The notes below the pieces were generated by a model. The model did no database searches, had not been told where the DNA came from, and saw nothing but the letters and a program-made list of their open reading frames with translations. The position numbers were made by a program, and so were the translations under genes. A DNA stretch of 32,000 nucleotides from Planctomycetales bacterium (GTDB lineage Bacteria; 4484-113; JAFGCY01): positions 3,690,001 to 3,722,000 of the forward strand of contig CP060262.1 in NCBI GenBank assembly GCA_022646745.1, written 5' to 3'. Below, one piece after another: positions 9,025 through 16,635 of the stretch. Position 1 is the stretch's first letter. Each line of letters begins with the position of its first letter.

Positions 9025-9054
9025 ATTTTACGAAATCAAGGCATGCAATGATAA
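9025..9054 (-). promoter_or_regulatory. Candidate sigma70-type promoter for the sensor-regulator gene (-35 TTATCA, 18-nt spacer, -10 TAAAAT on the minus strand)
   Basis: On the plus strand, TGATAA is at 9049-9054 and ATTTTA at 9025-9030. It sits in a 35%-GC island about 30 nt upstream of TTG 8995. It assumes E. coli-like promoter consensus, which is unverified for this organism. Confidence 0.25.
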
Positions 9055-9287
9055 TCAGCTCTGAATGGTTGATTTCGTTTGATTGGATTGGTTGGAATGC
9101 TTGAATTTTTCATCATCTTCCAGCGCCATGGATTGACAAGTTTCGATGGGCCGCTTGCCTAGCCTAGTTCCTCCACACCAAATTCGAAGACCGGCGCAAT
9201 TACCCAGCTATGCCCGTTTTGCCGACCTGCTCGTCTCGCTGTTCCTGCCGCCTGAGACTTCACAGAAATACCCGTGAGTGTCACAAT

Positions 9288-9318
9288 AGGCAGCGGGCGC
9301 TGCCTGGCTGGTGCAGCC
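9288..9318 (+). promoter_or_regulatory. Two adjacent GC-rich hairpins in the leader of the PTS operon
   Basis: AGGCAGCG-GG-CGCTGCCT (9288-9305) is immediately followed by GGCTG-GTG-CAGCC (9306-9318), ending about 30 nt before ATG 9350. Function unknown. Confidence 0.25.
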
Positions 9319-9349
9319 GTCCATCCATACCAGGTCGGTGGGAGCACCA

Positions 9350-10465
9350 ATGTCTGACAGTCCTGTAACCGAAAGCCTCAAGAAGCTGCGCCAGTACCTG
9401 CTGACCGGCGTTTCCTATGCAATCCCATTCGTGGCAGCCGGCGGTATCCTGATCGCGCTGGCCCTGGCATTTGCCCCGAAGGGTGCAAACAACGCCCCGG
9501 ACCCTTCAGGCAGCCAGGTTCTGAGCACGATGCTCACCATCGGAGTGGCGGCCTTCTCACTGCTGCTGCCGATCCTCGGCGGATACATCTCATATGCGAT
9601 CGCCGGCCGGCCCGGACTTGTGCCAGGCTTCGTCGGCGGCTTCCTCTGCAACCACATCCCGGTGCAGAACCCCGTTGAGGGTGGCCCGACTGAGGTCAGC
9701 ACTGGCTTCCTCGGCGCACTGGTGATCGGCCTGCTGGCCGGCTGGATCGTCAACCAGATCAAGAAGATTCCCGCGGGGAAGATCCTCAAGCCGATCATGC
9801 CGATCCTGATCATCCCGATCCTCTCATCGGTGTTCGTCGGCCTGCTGGTGCTGATGGTGATCGGCAACCCGATCGCCGACATGATGCTCTCGCTGGGTAA
9901 CTGGCTGGAAACGATGGGCACCGGCAACCAGGTAGTGCTGGCGATGATCCTCGGCGCGATGATCGCGTTTGACATGGGCGGGCCGGTCAACAAGGCTGCG
10001 TTCTTCTTCGGTCTCGGCATGATCCAGCAGGAGAACTACGCGATCATGGGCGCCGTGGCAGCCGCGATCTGCACCCCGCCGCTCGGCATGGGCCTGGCCA
10101 CGATGCTGCAGAAGAAGCTCTGGAAGGAAGAGGAGCGCGAGGCCGGCATCGCCGGGCTGGCAATGGGCATGATCGGCATCACGGAAGGAGCGATCCCATT
10201 CGCCGCGGCAGATCCACTCAAGGTGATCCCCTCGATCATCGTCGGCTCGATGGTGGCATCCACCATCGCGATGCTCAGTGGCGTGGGAGACCATGCCCCG
10301 CATGGCGGCCCGATCGTGATTCCCGTAGTTGACAACAAGATCATGTACGTGGTGGCGATCATCGTCGGCACCTTCGTGACGGCAATGATGATCAACGCGC
10401 TGAAGACCATCTCGCAGCGCAATGCGAAGCAGGACGAGGAACAGGCCGCTTCTGCGGCCGGCTAG
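9350..10465 (+). CDS. PTS fructose-family EIIC permease component
   Basis: ATG 9350 is preceded by GGTGGGAG. MSDSPVTESLKKLRQYLLTGVSYAIPFVAAGGILIAL is a typical N-terminus of fructose-type IIC. The protein is polytopic and hydrophobic throughout, with GITEGAIPF near the C-terminus. Stop is TAG 10463-10465. Confidence 0.93.
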   Translation: MSDSPVTESLKKLRQYLLTGVSYAIPFVAAGGILIALALAFAPKGANNAPDPSGSQVLSTMLTIGVAAFSLLLPILGGYISYAIAGRPGLVPGFVGGFLCNHIPVQNPVEGGPTEVSTGFLGALVIGLLAGWIVNQIKKIPAGKILKPIMPILIIPILSSVFVGLLVLMVIGNPIADMMLSLGNWLETMGTGNQVVLAMILGAMIAFDMGGPVNKAAFFFGLGMIQQENYAIMGAVAAAICTPPLGMGLATMLQKKLWKEEEREAGIAGLAMGMIGITEGAIPFAAADPLKVIPSIIVGSMVASTIAMLSGVGDHAPHGGPIVIPVVDNKIMYVVAIIVGTFVTAMMINALKTISQRNAKQDEEQAASAAG

Positions 10466-10483
10466 GCAACAAGGAGGAAGGCA

Positions 10484-10783
10484 TTGAAGATAGTGGCGGT
10501 GACGGCTTGCCCGACGGGCATTGCCCATACATACATGGCTGCCGAGCAGCTCGAGAAGACCGGACGTGAGCTGGGACATGAGGTGAAGGTGGAGACCCAG
10601 GGGGCAATGGGGATTGAGAACGAACTGACTGCGGCTGAGATCGCGGCCGCCGAGCTGGTGATCCTCGCCGTTGACATCGAGATCGAGCAGCGTGAGCGCT
10701 TCGATGGCAAGCGCATTATCGAGGTCCCGGCCCAGCTGGCCATCAAGGACCCGAAGTCGATCTACGCCAGGCTGGACGGCTGA
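10484..10783 (+). CDS. PTS fructose-family EIIB component
   Basis: TTG start at 10484 lies 6 nt after AAGGAGG (10471-10477). MKIVAVTACPTGIAHTYMAAE carries the phospho-Cys motif, with the Cys codon at 10508-10510. Stop is TGA 10781-10783. Confidence 0.93.
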   Translation: MKIVAVTACPTGIAHTYMAAEQLEKTGRELGHEVKVETQGAMGIENELTAAEIAAAELVILAVDIEIEQRERFDGKRIIEVPAQLAIKDPKSIYARLDG

Positions 10784-10790
10784 ACCGTCC

Positions 10791-13313
10791 ATGCCGCTTG
10801 AGTTCCGCTTCAGCTGCCCGTTGCCAAACGGACTGCATGCGCGCCCGGCCAGCATCCTCGCTGAGCTGGCAACACGTTTCAATGCGGACATCCGGCTGTT
10901 GAACGAACGCAACAACAACTCCGCGGATGTGGCCAGCGTGCTGGACCTGGTCGCCGCCGGGGTAATGCACACCGACATCTGCCTGCTCAGGGTGGATGGC
11001 CGCGACTCGCAGCCGGCTTACAACGCCCTCGTGGAGTTCATCACATCAAGCCTGGCCGACTGTGATACGCCCTTGCCTGAAGCCAATGGCAATATGGGAG
11101 GTGGCCAGCTGCCGCATGTCCTGCGTGGCCAGGTCGACAACTGGCTGGGCGGACTGGCGGCTTCCAGCGGAATTGCAATCGCCAATGCAGCGCGCAGCAG
11201 CGGCATGAAACTGCCGGCGGGTTTCAGCCTGCCCGCAAGCCTCGGCGAGGAAGCTGAGCTGGCCGCCTATGAAAAGGCCAGCGCAGCCGTGCAACAGCAC
11301 CATGAGGAGCAGCTTGAGCGCTGTATCGGGATGGCGGAAGTCGAGATCCAGCGCGCCCTGCTCAGCCTGGCCCGTGACCGCAGCCTGCATGACAGCGTGC
11401 GCCAACGCATCAGTGAGAAAGGCGACAGTGCTGCACAGGCCGTTGCCTGGGCCATCCGCAGCTACTCGGAGAAACTGACTGCATCCGGCAGCGTATACCT
11501 GCAGGAGCGGCGCGGTGACCTGGAGGATCTCGGCATTCAGCTGCTCGAGGAGCTGACGGGCCAGAACCTCCATGGACATGAACTCGTGCTGACGGAGCCA
11601 AGCATCGTCTGCGCCGCGAGCCTGCCGACAAGCACCATGCTGGCGTTGGACAAGAAATTATTGAAGGGGATTGTGCTGGGCGAGAGTGGATTGACATCGC
11701 ATACCGTGATCCTGGCCCGCTCTCACGGTATTCCCGTCGTGGCTGGGATCAGCGACCAGAGCCAACTTGCCAACGGAATGCCGCTGTACATAGATGGCAA
11801 CCGTGGGGTTGTGGTGCTGGATCCTCCTGATGCAGTCCAGCGTTATGTAGAACAGGAAACCAAGCTGGAATCCCAGCTCAGAAAAGGCAGGAATGCTGCA
11901 GCCTCGCTATCTGGGAAGACAGCCGACGGACGCGCCGTGGAAATCGCTGCCAATGTGGCAGCTCCGGACGAACTTGCTGCCGCCCTTGCCTCCGGGGCTG
12001 AAGGTGTCGGCCTGTTCCGGACTGAGATGTTGTTCGCCGCCTCCGCCAGCATGCCCGGCGAGGACGAGCAGGCCAGGATCTACGCCGAAATGGCTGTTGC
12101 AATGAAGGGTCGCCGCCTGATCATCCGTACGGTGGACATCGGCGGTGACAAGCCCCTGCCATGGCTGCCGATGCCGCATGAGGAGAACCCCTTCCTCGGA
12201 GTGCGTGGGATCCGGCTCAGCCAGCGCTATCCCGAAATGATGAAGACCCAGCTGCGCGCCATCCTGCGCGCCAGTACGAGCGGTGAAATCTGGGTGATGG
12301 CACCGATGCTCGCAAATGTTGCCGAAGCGCGCTGGCTGCGGGAAATTCATGATGCAGCGCGTGCTGAACTGATTGCAGAGGGATGTCCCGTCAGCGATTC
12401 GGTCCGGCTCGGCTGCATGCTGGAAGTCCCGGCAGCCGCCCTGCAGGTCCCTGCGCTGTCCGCATACTGCGACTTCTTCAGCATCGGCAGCAATGACCTG
12501 GCCCAGTACAGCCTGGCAGTGGATCGGGGCAACCGCGACGTAGCCGCCATCCATGATGAGCTGCATCCATCCCTGCTGCGCCTGATGAAGATTGCCTGTG
12601 ATGACGCACGGGCCAGCTCACGCTGGATCGGTATATGCGGGGAATTCGCTGCCAGGCCACTGCACGCGCCGTTCCTGGCCGGGCTGGGATTCGATGAACT
12701 CAGCATGTCGGCTCCGGCCATCCCGGCTGCCAAGCAGGCCCTGGCTGCATGCAGCTTGGAGCAGGGCCGTGAATTGCTTGACAGGTGCATCGCGGCGGAG
12801 GATGGCAATGCCGTACGGCAGATCCTGCATGCAGCATCCGGCAGCACTGAAGCGCCCATGATAGCCCCGGCGATAGTCAATCCGCAGGGCAAGGCATGCA
12901 GCAAGTCTGAGGCGATCCGTGAGCTGTGCGGGATGCTGCTGTTGGATGGACGCACGGCGGACATTGACGGCATTGAAGACGACGTCTGGGCCCGTGAGGA
13001 AACATATTCCACTGGGCTCGGCCATGGGATTGCGATCCCACACTGCAAGACGGAGCATGCCGGATCAGCCAGCCTGGCACTGCTCAGGCTGCCCGAAGCA
13101 GTCGAATGGGGCAGCCTTGACAATGCCCCGGTGGATACCGTGCTGCTGCTGGCGATGCCTGCTGCAGAGGAAGGCAACCGCCACCTGAAGGTGTTTGCCC
13201 GCCTGGCACGACGCCTGATGAATGAGGACTTCCGCAGCGGCCTGCGGGCCGCGGAGACCGCTGATAACATTGTGCAGTTCCTGCAGTCCGAACTGCGGGA
13301 AAACGAGGAGTGA
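10791..13313 (+). CDS. Multiphosphoryl transfer protein: HPr - Enzyme I (PEP-protein phosphotransferase) - EIIA(Fru/Ntr-type) fusion
   Basis: ATG 10791 lies 7 nt after the EIIB stop. The ORF-track start at 10671 overlaps EIIB and encodes S/R-rich junk. The HPr motif is NGLHARPAS (His codon 10836-10838). EI motifs are GLTSHTVILARSHGIPVV (His codon 10700-range corrected to 11700-11702), GVGLFRTE, SIGSNDLAQY and ICGEFAA. The EIIA motif is GHGIAIPHCK (His codon 13041-13043). Confidence 0.93.
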   Translation: MPLEFRFSCPLPNGLHARPASILAELATRFNADIRLLNERNNNSADVASVLDLVAAGVMHTDICLLRVDGRDSQPAYNALVEFITSSLADCDTPLPEANGNMGGGQLPHVLRGQVDNWLGGLAASSGIAIANAARSSGMKLPAGFSLPASLGEEAELAAYEKASAAVQQHHEEQLERCIGMAEVEIQRALLSLARDRSLHDSVRQRISEKGDSAAQAVAWAIRSYSEKLTASGSVYLQERRGDLEDLGIQLLEELTGQNLHGHELVLTEPSIVCAASLPTSTMLALDKKLLKGIVLGESGLTSHTVILARSHGIPVVAGISDQSQLANGMPLYIDGNRGVVVLDPPDAVQRYVEQETKLESQLRKGRNAAASLSGKTADGRAVEIAANVAAPDELAAALASGAEGVGLFRTEMLFAASASMPGEDEQARIYAEMAVAMKGRRLIIRTVDIGGDKPLPWLPMPHEENPFLGVRGIRLSQRYPEMMKTQLRAILRASTSGEIWVMAPMLANVAEARWLREIHDAARAELIAEGCPVSDSVRLGCMLEVPAAALQVPALSAYCDFFSIGSNDLAQYSLAVDRGNRDVAAIHDELHPSLLRLMKIACDDARASSRWIGICGEFAARPLHAPFLAGLGFDELSMSAPAIPAAKQALAACSLEQGRELLDRCIAAEDGNAVRQILHAASGSTEAPMIAPAIVNPQGKACSKSEAIRELCGMLLLDGRTADIDGIEDDVWAREETYSTGLGHGIAIPHCKTEHAGSASLALLRLPEAVEWGSLDNAPVDTVLLLAMPAAEEGNRHLKVFARLARRLMNEDFRSGLRAAETADNIVQFLQSELRENEE

Positions 13314-13315
13314 GG

Positions 13316-16300
13316 ATGGACCAGATGCGTTTGATGACCGCAGCACTGCTGTGCTGCACCTGCCTGGCACTGCCGCATGCAGGCCGCTGCCAGAATGAAG
13401 CCCCCGCCCCACAGGATTACGAGATGATTGACCTATCCGATGGCAACACGCTTTACGTTGTGGGCTATGCCCACCTCGACACCCAGTGGCGCTGGTCCTA
13501 CCAGGAGACCATCCGAGACTACCTGAAGGACACCCTGAAGGACAACTTCGCGCTGTTCGAGAAGTACCCGGAATACATCTTCAACTTCAGCGGTTCGCGC
13601 CGCTACGAGATGATGAAGGAGTACTTCCCCGAGGACTATGAGCGCATGAAGGGCTACGTTGCCAGCGGCAACTGGTTCCCCTGCGGCTCCAGCGTCGATG
13701 AGTGCGATGTCAACGTGCCGTCCTGCGAATCACTTGTGCGCCAGGTGCTGTATGGCAACCGCTTCTTCCGCGACGAATTCGGCAAGACCAGCCAGGAGTT
13801 CATCCTGCCGGACTGCTTCGGCTTCCCGGCCAACATGCCAGGCGTGCTTTCACACTGCGGCATCCGCGGCTTCTCCACCCAGAAGCTGACCTGGGGCAGC
13901 GCCGTAGGCATCCCCTTCAACGTCGGTGTCTGGGAAGGGCTTGACGGCAGCAGCGTAGTGCTGGCGGCCTTCAACCCCGGTGCATACGTCGGCCGCGTGG
14001 ACCAGGACCTGTCCAACAGCCAGGAGTGGCTGGACCGCATCCAGGCCAACGGTGATGCGAGTGGCGTCTACGCCGACTACCATTACTTCGGCACCGGTGA
14101 CATGGGCGGCGCGCCGACCACCGGTTCAATGGAATGGATCCGCAAGAGCCTGAATGGCGATGGCCCGGTACGCGTCGTCAGCAGTACGGCGGAGCAGATG
14201 TTCCTCGACATCCAGAACTCCTCCATCCCCAGCCTGCCGCACTACAAGGGCGACCTGCTGCTGACCCAGCACAGCGCCGGCAGCATCACCAGCCAGGCCT
14301 ACATGAAACGCTGGAACCACATGAACGAGCTGTTGGCCAGCGGCGCGGAGTCCGCTGCCGTCAGTGCCGGTCTCAGGCACGGTGCCAGCTATCCCTACCG
14401 CAAGATCAAGGACGCCTGGTACCTCACGCTTGGCAGCCAGATGCATGACATCCTGCCCGGCACCTCGATCCCCTTCGCCTATGACCTCGCCTACAACGAC
14501 GAAGTGCTCGCAATGAACATGTTCTCCGACGTGCTGGCAACGGCCGTCGGGCAGGTCAGCAGCACACTCGATACCGATGTCGATGGCATCCCGCTGGTTG
14601 TCTACAACCCGCTCGGACGGGGCCGCAACAGCGTGGTGCAGTGCAGTGTGGACTTCATCACTGATGCCCCGGAGGACATCGTGGTGCACGGCGCTGACGG
14701 CAGCATGATGGCAGCACAGGTGCTCTCCCGCGATGGCAGCACAGCCAGCATCGCCTTCCGCGCCCCGCTCGAGCCCTTTGGCTTCAGCGTGTTCGACGTG
14801 CGTGCCGGTTCATCTGAGGCTGGCAGCGCAGTATCAGCCTCCGGCAACACCATCGAGAATGAACGCTACCGCGTCAGTGTCAACCAGGCGGGAGACGTTG
14901 CCAGCATCTTCGACAAGTCCATCAACCGCGAACTGCTCAGCGAGCCCTTGCGCCTGGCCTTCACGCATGACGCCCCCGGCTACTGGCCGGCCTGGAACAT
15001 CGACTGGGCTGACCAGTCACAGGCCCCCTTCGCCTACGTCGACGGCCCTGCGAAGATCAGCATCGCCGAGGACGGTCCGGTGCGCGTGGCCCTGCGCATT
15101 GAGCGCGAGGCCCAGGGTTCGACCTTCAGCCAGCTGGTCAGCCTGAGCGCCGGCGGCCAGCGGGTTGAGTTCCATGACAGCATTGACTGGCGCACCGCCA
15201 ACTGCAACCTCAAGGCCAGCTTCCCGCTCGCCGCCTCCAACCCGAATGCGACCTACAGCTGGGAATGCGGCACGATTGAGCGTGGCAACAATGACGAGAA
15301 GAAGTATGAGGTGCCCTGCCACCAGTGGTTCGACCTGACCGACAGCTCGGGCGAATTCGGTGCCACCATCCTCTGTCCATTCAAGTACGGCTCCGACAAG
15401 CCGGATGACAACACGATGCGCCTGACCTTGCTGCGTACCCCCGGCGTTCACGGCCCTGACTATTCCGACCAGGCCAGCCAGGACTGGGGCCGGCATGAGA
15501 TCAGCTACGGCATCGCCGGCCACAGCGGTGACTGGCGCAGCGAGCACAGCTACTGGCAGGCCTACGGCCTCGAGCAGCCTGCTATCGCCTTCCAGGCTGG
15601 CAAGCACGGCGGCAACGGGCGCAGCTACTCCCTGTGCAGCGTTGACAGCCCCTCCGTCAGGGTGCTGGCCTGCAAGCGTGCCGAGGATTCCGATGAGCTG
15701 ATCCTGCGCGTGGTTGAGCTGGATGGCCAGGACCAGTCCGCCGTCCGGATCAACTTCGGCCAGTCCGTGCTCGGCGTGCGCGAGGTGGATGGCCAGGAGT
15801 ATGGCGATGCCGAGGTTTCACATGATGACAACGGATTCGGCACATCCTTCTCTCCGTACCAGATCCGCAGCTTCGCGGTGAGCCTGCAGGCTAACCCCCA
15901 CATCCAGATGATGGAGTACGCCCCGGTCAGCCTGCCCTTCAACCGCTCAGTTGCCACCAATAACGGTGAGGCCGCAGTCGGCGGCTTTGATTCCGGTGGC
16001 CGCAGCCTGCCGGCTGAGATGCTGCCGGACAGCATTGACGATGCCGGTGTGCGCTTCGAATTCGCGCCTGCCGGCAATGGCCAGCCGAACTCCGTCACCT
16101 GTCAGGGCCAGAGCATCGAGCTGCCGAAAGGCAACTTCAACCGCATCTACCTCGTGGCGGCTGCCTCGCCGGCTGACCAAACCGCTGACTTCATCGTGGA
16201 TGGCACGGCCCACAGCCTGAAGATCCAGGACTGGGGCGGCTACGTCGGCCAGTGGGATACCCGAGTATGGAAGGGCGCGGTGCCTGACATCGCCTTCCGC

Positions 16301-16633
16301 TGGTACAACGAACTGGAGAAGATCAACAAAGGCTACACCCGCCGCGATCCCGTCGCCTGGTACAGCTCGCACCGCCACAAGCCGCACGGCCAGGATTACT
16401 ACTATGAGTACGCCTACCTCTACCGCTATGCCATTGATGTGCCGGAGGGCAGCTCGACGCTGACCCTGCCGGACAATGAGGCGATCCAGGTGATGGCTGT
16501 CACCGTCGCCAACTCCGGCGATGGCGAGTTCCGCGCCGCCCAGCCGCTGTATGACACACTGGCTGGCAACACGGACGTGACAGAGTTCCCGGCAGTGGAG
16601 TACATTCCGCTGCCCCCGAAGGAAGACCAGTAA
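13316..16633 (+). CDS. GH38 alpha-mannosidase, long form with extra C-terminal beta-sandwich-like domain; possibly exported
   Basis: GAGGAG (13305-13310) precedes ATG 13316, which starts 2 nt after the upstream TGA. GH38 metal-site motif YVVGYAHLDTQWRW has His at 13472-13474 and Asp at 13478-13480. The nucleophile motif is ILPDCFGF (Asp 13811-13813). The N-terminal 25-30 aa (MDQMRLMTAALLCCTCLALPHAG) look like a signal peptide. An alternative internal start at ATG 13424 would give a cytoplasmic enzyme. Stop is TAA 16631-16633. Confidence 0.9.
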   Translation: MDQMRLMTAALLCCTCLALPHAGRCQNEAPAPQDYEMIDLSDGNTLYVVGYAHLDTQWRWSYQETIRDYLKDTLKDNFALFEKYPEYIFNFSGSRRYEMMKEYFPEDYERMKGYVASGNWFPCGSSVDECDVNVPSCESLVRQVLYGNRFFRDEFGKTSQEFILPDCFGFPANMPGVLSHCGIRGFSTQKLTWGSAVGIPFNVGVWEGLDGSSVVLAAFNPGAYVGRVDQDLSNSQEWLDRIQANGDASGVYADYHYFGTGDMGGAPTTGSMEWIRKSLNGDGPVRVVSSTAEQMFLDIQNSSIPSLPHYKGDLLLTQHSAGSITSQAYMKRWNHMNELLASGAESAAVSAGLRHGASYPYRKIKDAWYLTLGSQMHDILPGTSIPFAYDLAYNDEVLAMNMFSDVLATAVGQVSSTLDTDVDGIPLVVYNPLGRGRNSVVQCSVDFITDAPEDIVVHGADGSMMAAQVLSRDGSTASIAFRAPLEPFGFSVFDVRAGSSEAGSAVSASGNTIENERYRVSVNQAGDVASIFDKSINRELLSEPLRLAFTHDAPGYWPAWNIDWADQSQAPFAYVDGPAKISIAEDGPVRVALRIEREAQGSTFSQLVSLSAGGQRVEFHDSIDWRTANCNLKASFPLAASNPNATYSWECGTIERGNNDEKKYEVPCHQWFDLTDSSGEFGATILCPFKYGSDKPDDNTMRLTLLRTPGVHGPDYSDQASQDWGRHEISYGIAGHSGDWRSEHSYWQAYGLEQPAIAFQAGKHGGNGRSYSLCSVDSPSVRVLACKRAEDSDELILRVVELDGQDQSAVRINFGQSVLGVREVDGQEYGDAEVSHDDNGFGTSFSPYQIRSFAVSLQANPHIQMMEYAPVSLPFNRSVATNNGEAAVGGFDSGGRSLPAEMLPDSIDDAGVRFEFAPAGNGQPNSVTCQGQSIELPKGNFNRIYLVAAASPADQTADFIVDGTAHSLKIQDWGGYVGQWDTRVWKGAVPDIAFRWYNELEKINKGYTRRDPVAWYSSHRHKPHGQDYYYEYAYLYRYAIDVPEGSSTLTLPDNEAIQVMAVTVANSGDGEFRAAQPLYDTLAGNTDVTEFPAVEYIPLPPKEDQ

Positions 16634-16635
16634 GC

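Noticed and set aside
9133-9138. Perfect -35 hexamer TTGACA upstream of the PTS operon
   Set aside because: No acceptable -10 lies 16-19 nt downstream (TGCCTA or GCCTAG), and it sits about 215 nt from the start codon. I did not call it a promoter.
10671-10790. ORF-track N-terminal extensions: 10671 for the HPr-EI-EIIA gene, 27928 for mcp, 21620 for the lipoprotein, 5431 for the kinase, 25988 for the orphan and 556 for the GH-like gene
   Set aside because: Each extension overlaps the upstream gene or encodes non-protein-like sequence. In each case a downstream start has an SD and/or produces a canonical N-terminus (HPr fold start, signal peptide or lipobox).
9824-10978. 384-aa minus-strand ORF
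   Set aside because: Antisense to the PTS EIIC/EIIB/HPr genes, which have unmistakable family motifs. The translation is R/H/D/G-rich low-complexity sequence.
11907-13378. Minus-strand ORFs of 219 and 343 aa (11907-12566, 12347-13378)
   Set aside because: Antisense to Enzyme I/EIIA. They are S/A/R/P-rich with no recognisable domains, whereas the sense frame carries all PTS catalytic motifs.
9350-16633. Calling the locus a straightforward fructose operon (fruBKA) or a straightforward mngAB system
   Set aside because: There is no fruK. The permease is split into IIC and IIB with a dedicated HPr-EI-EIIA. The GH38 is much longer than MngB and may carry a signal peptide. I therefore gave no gene symbols.
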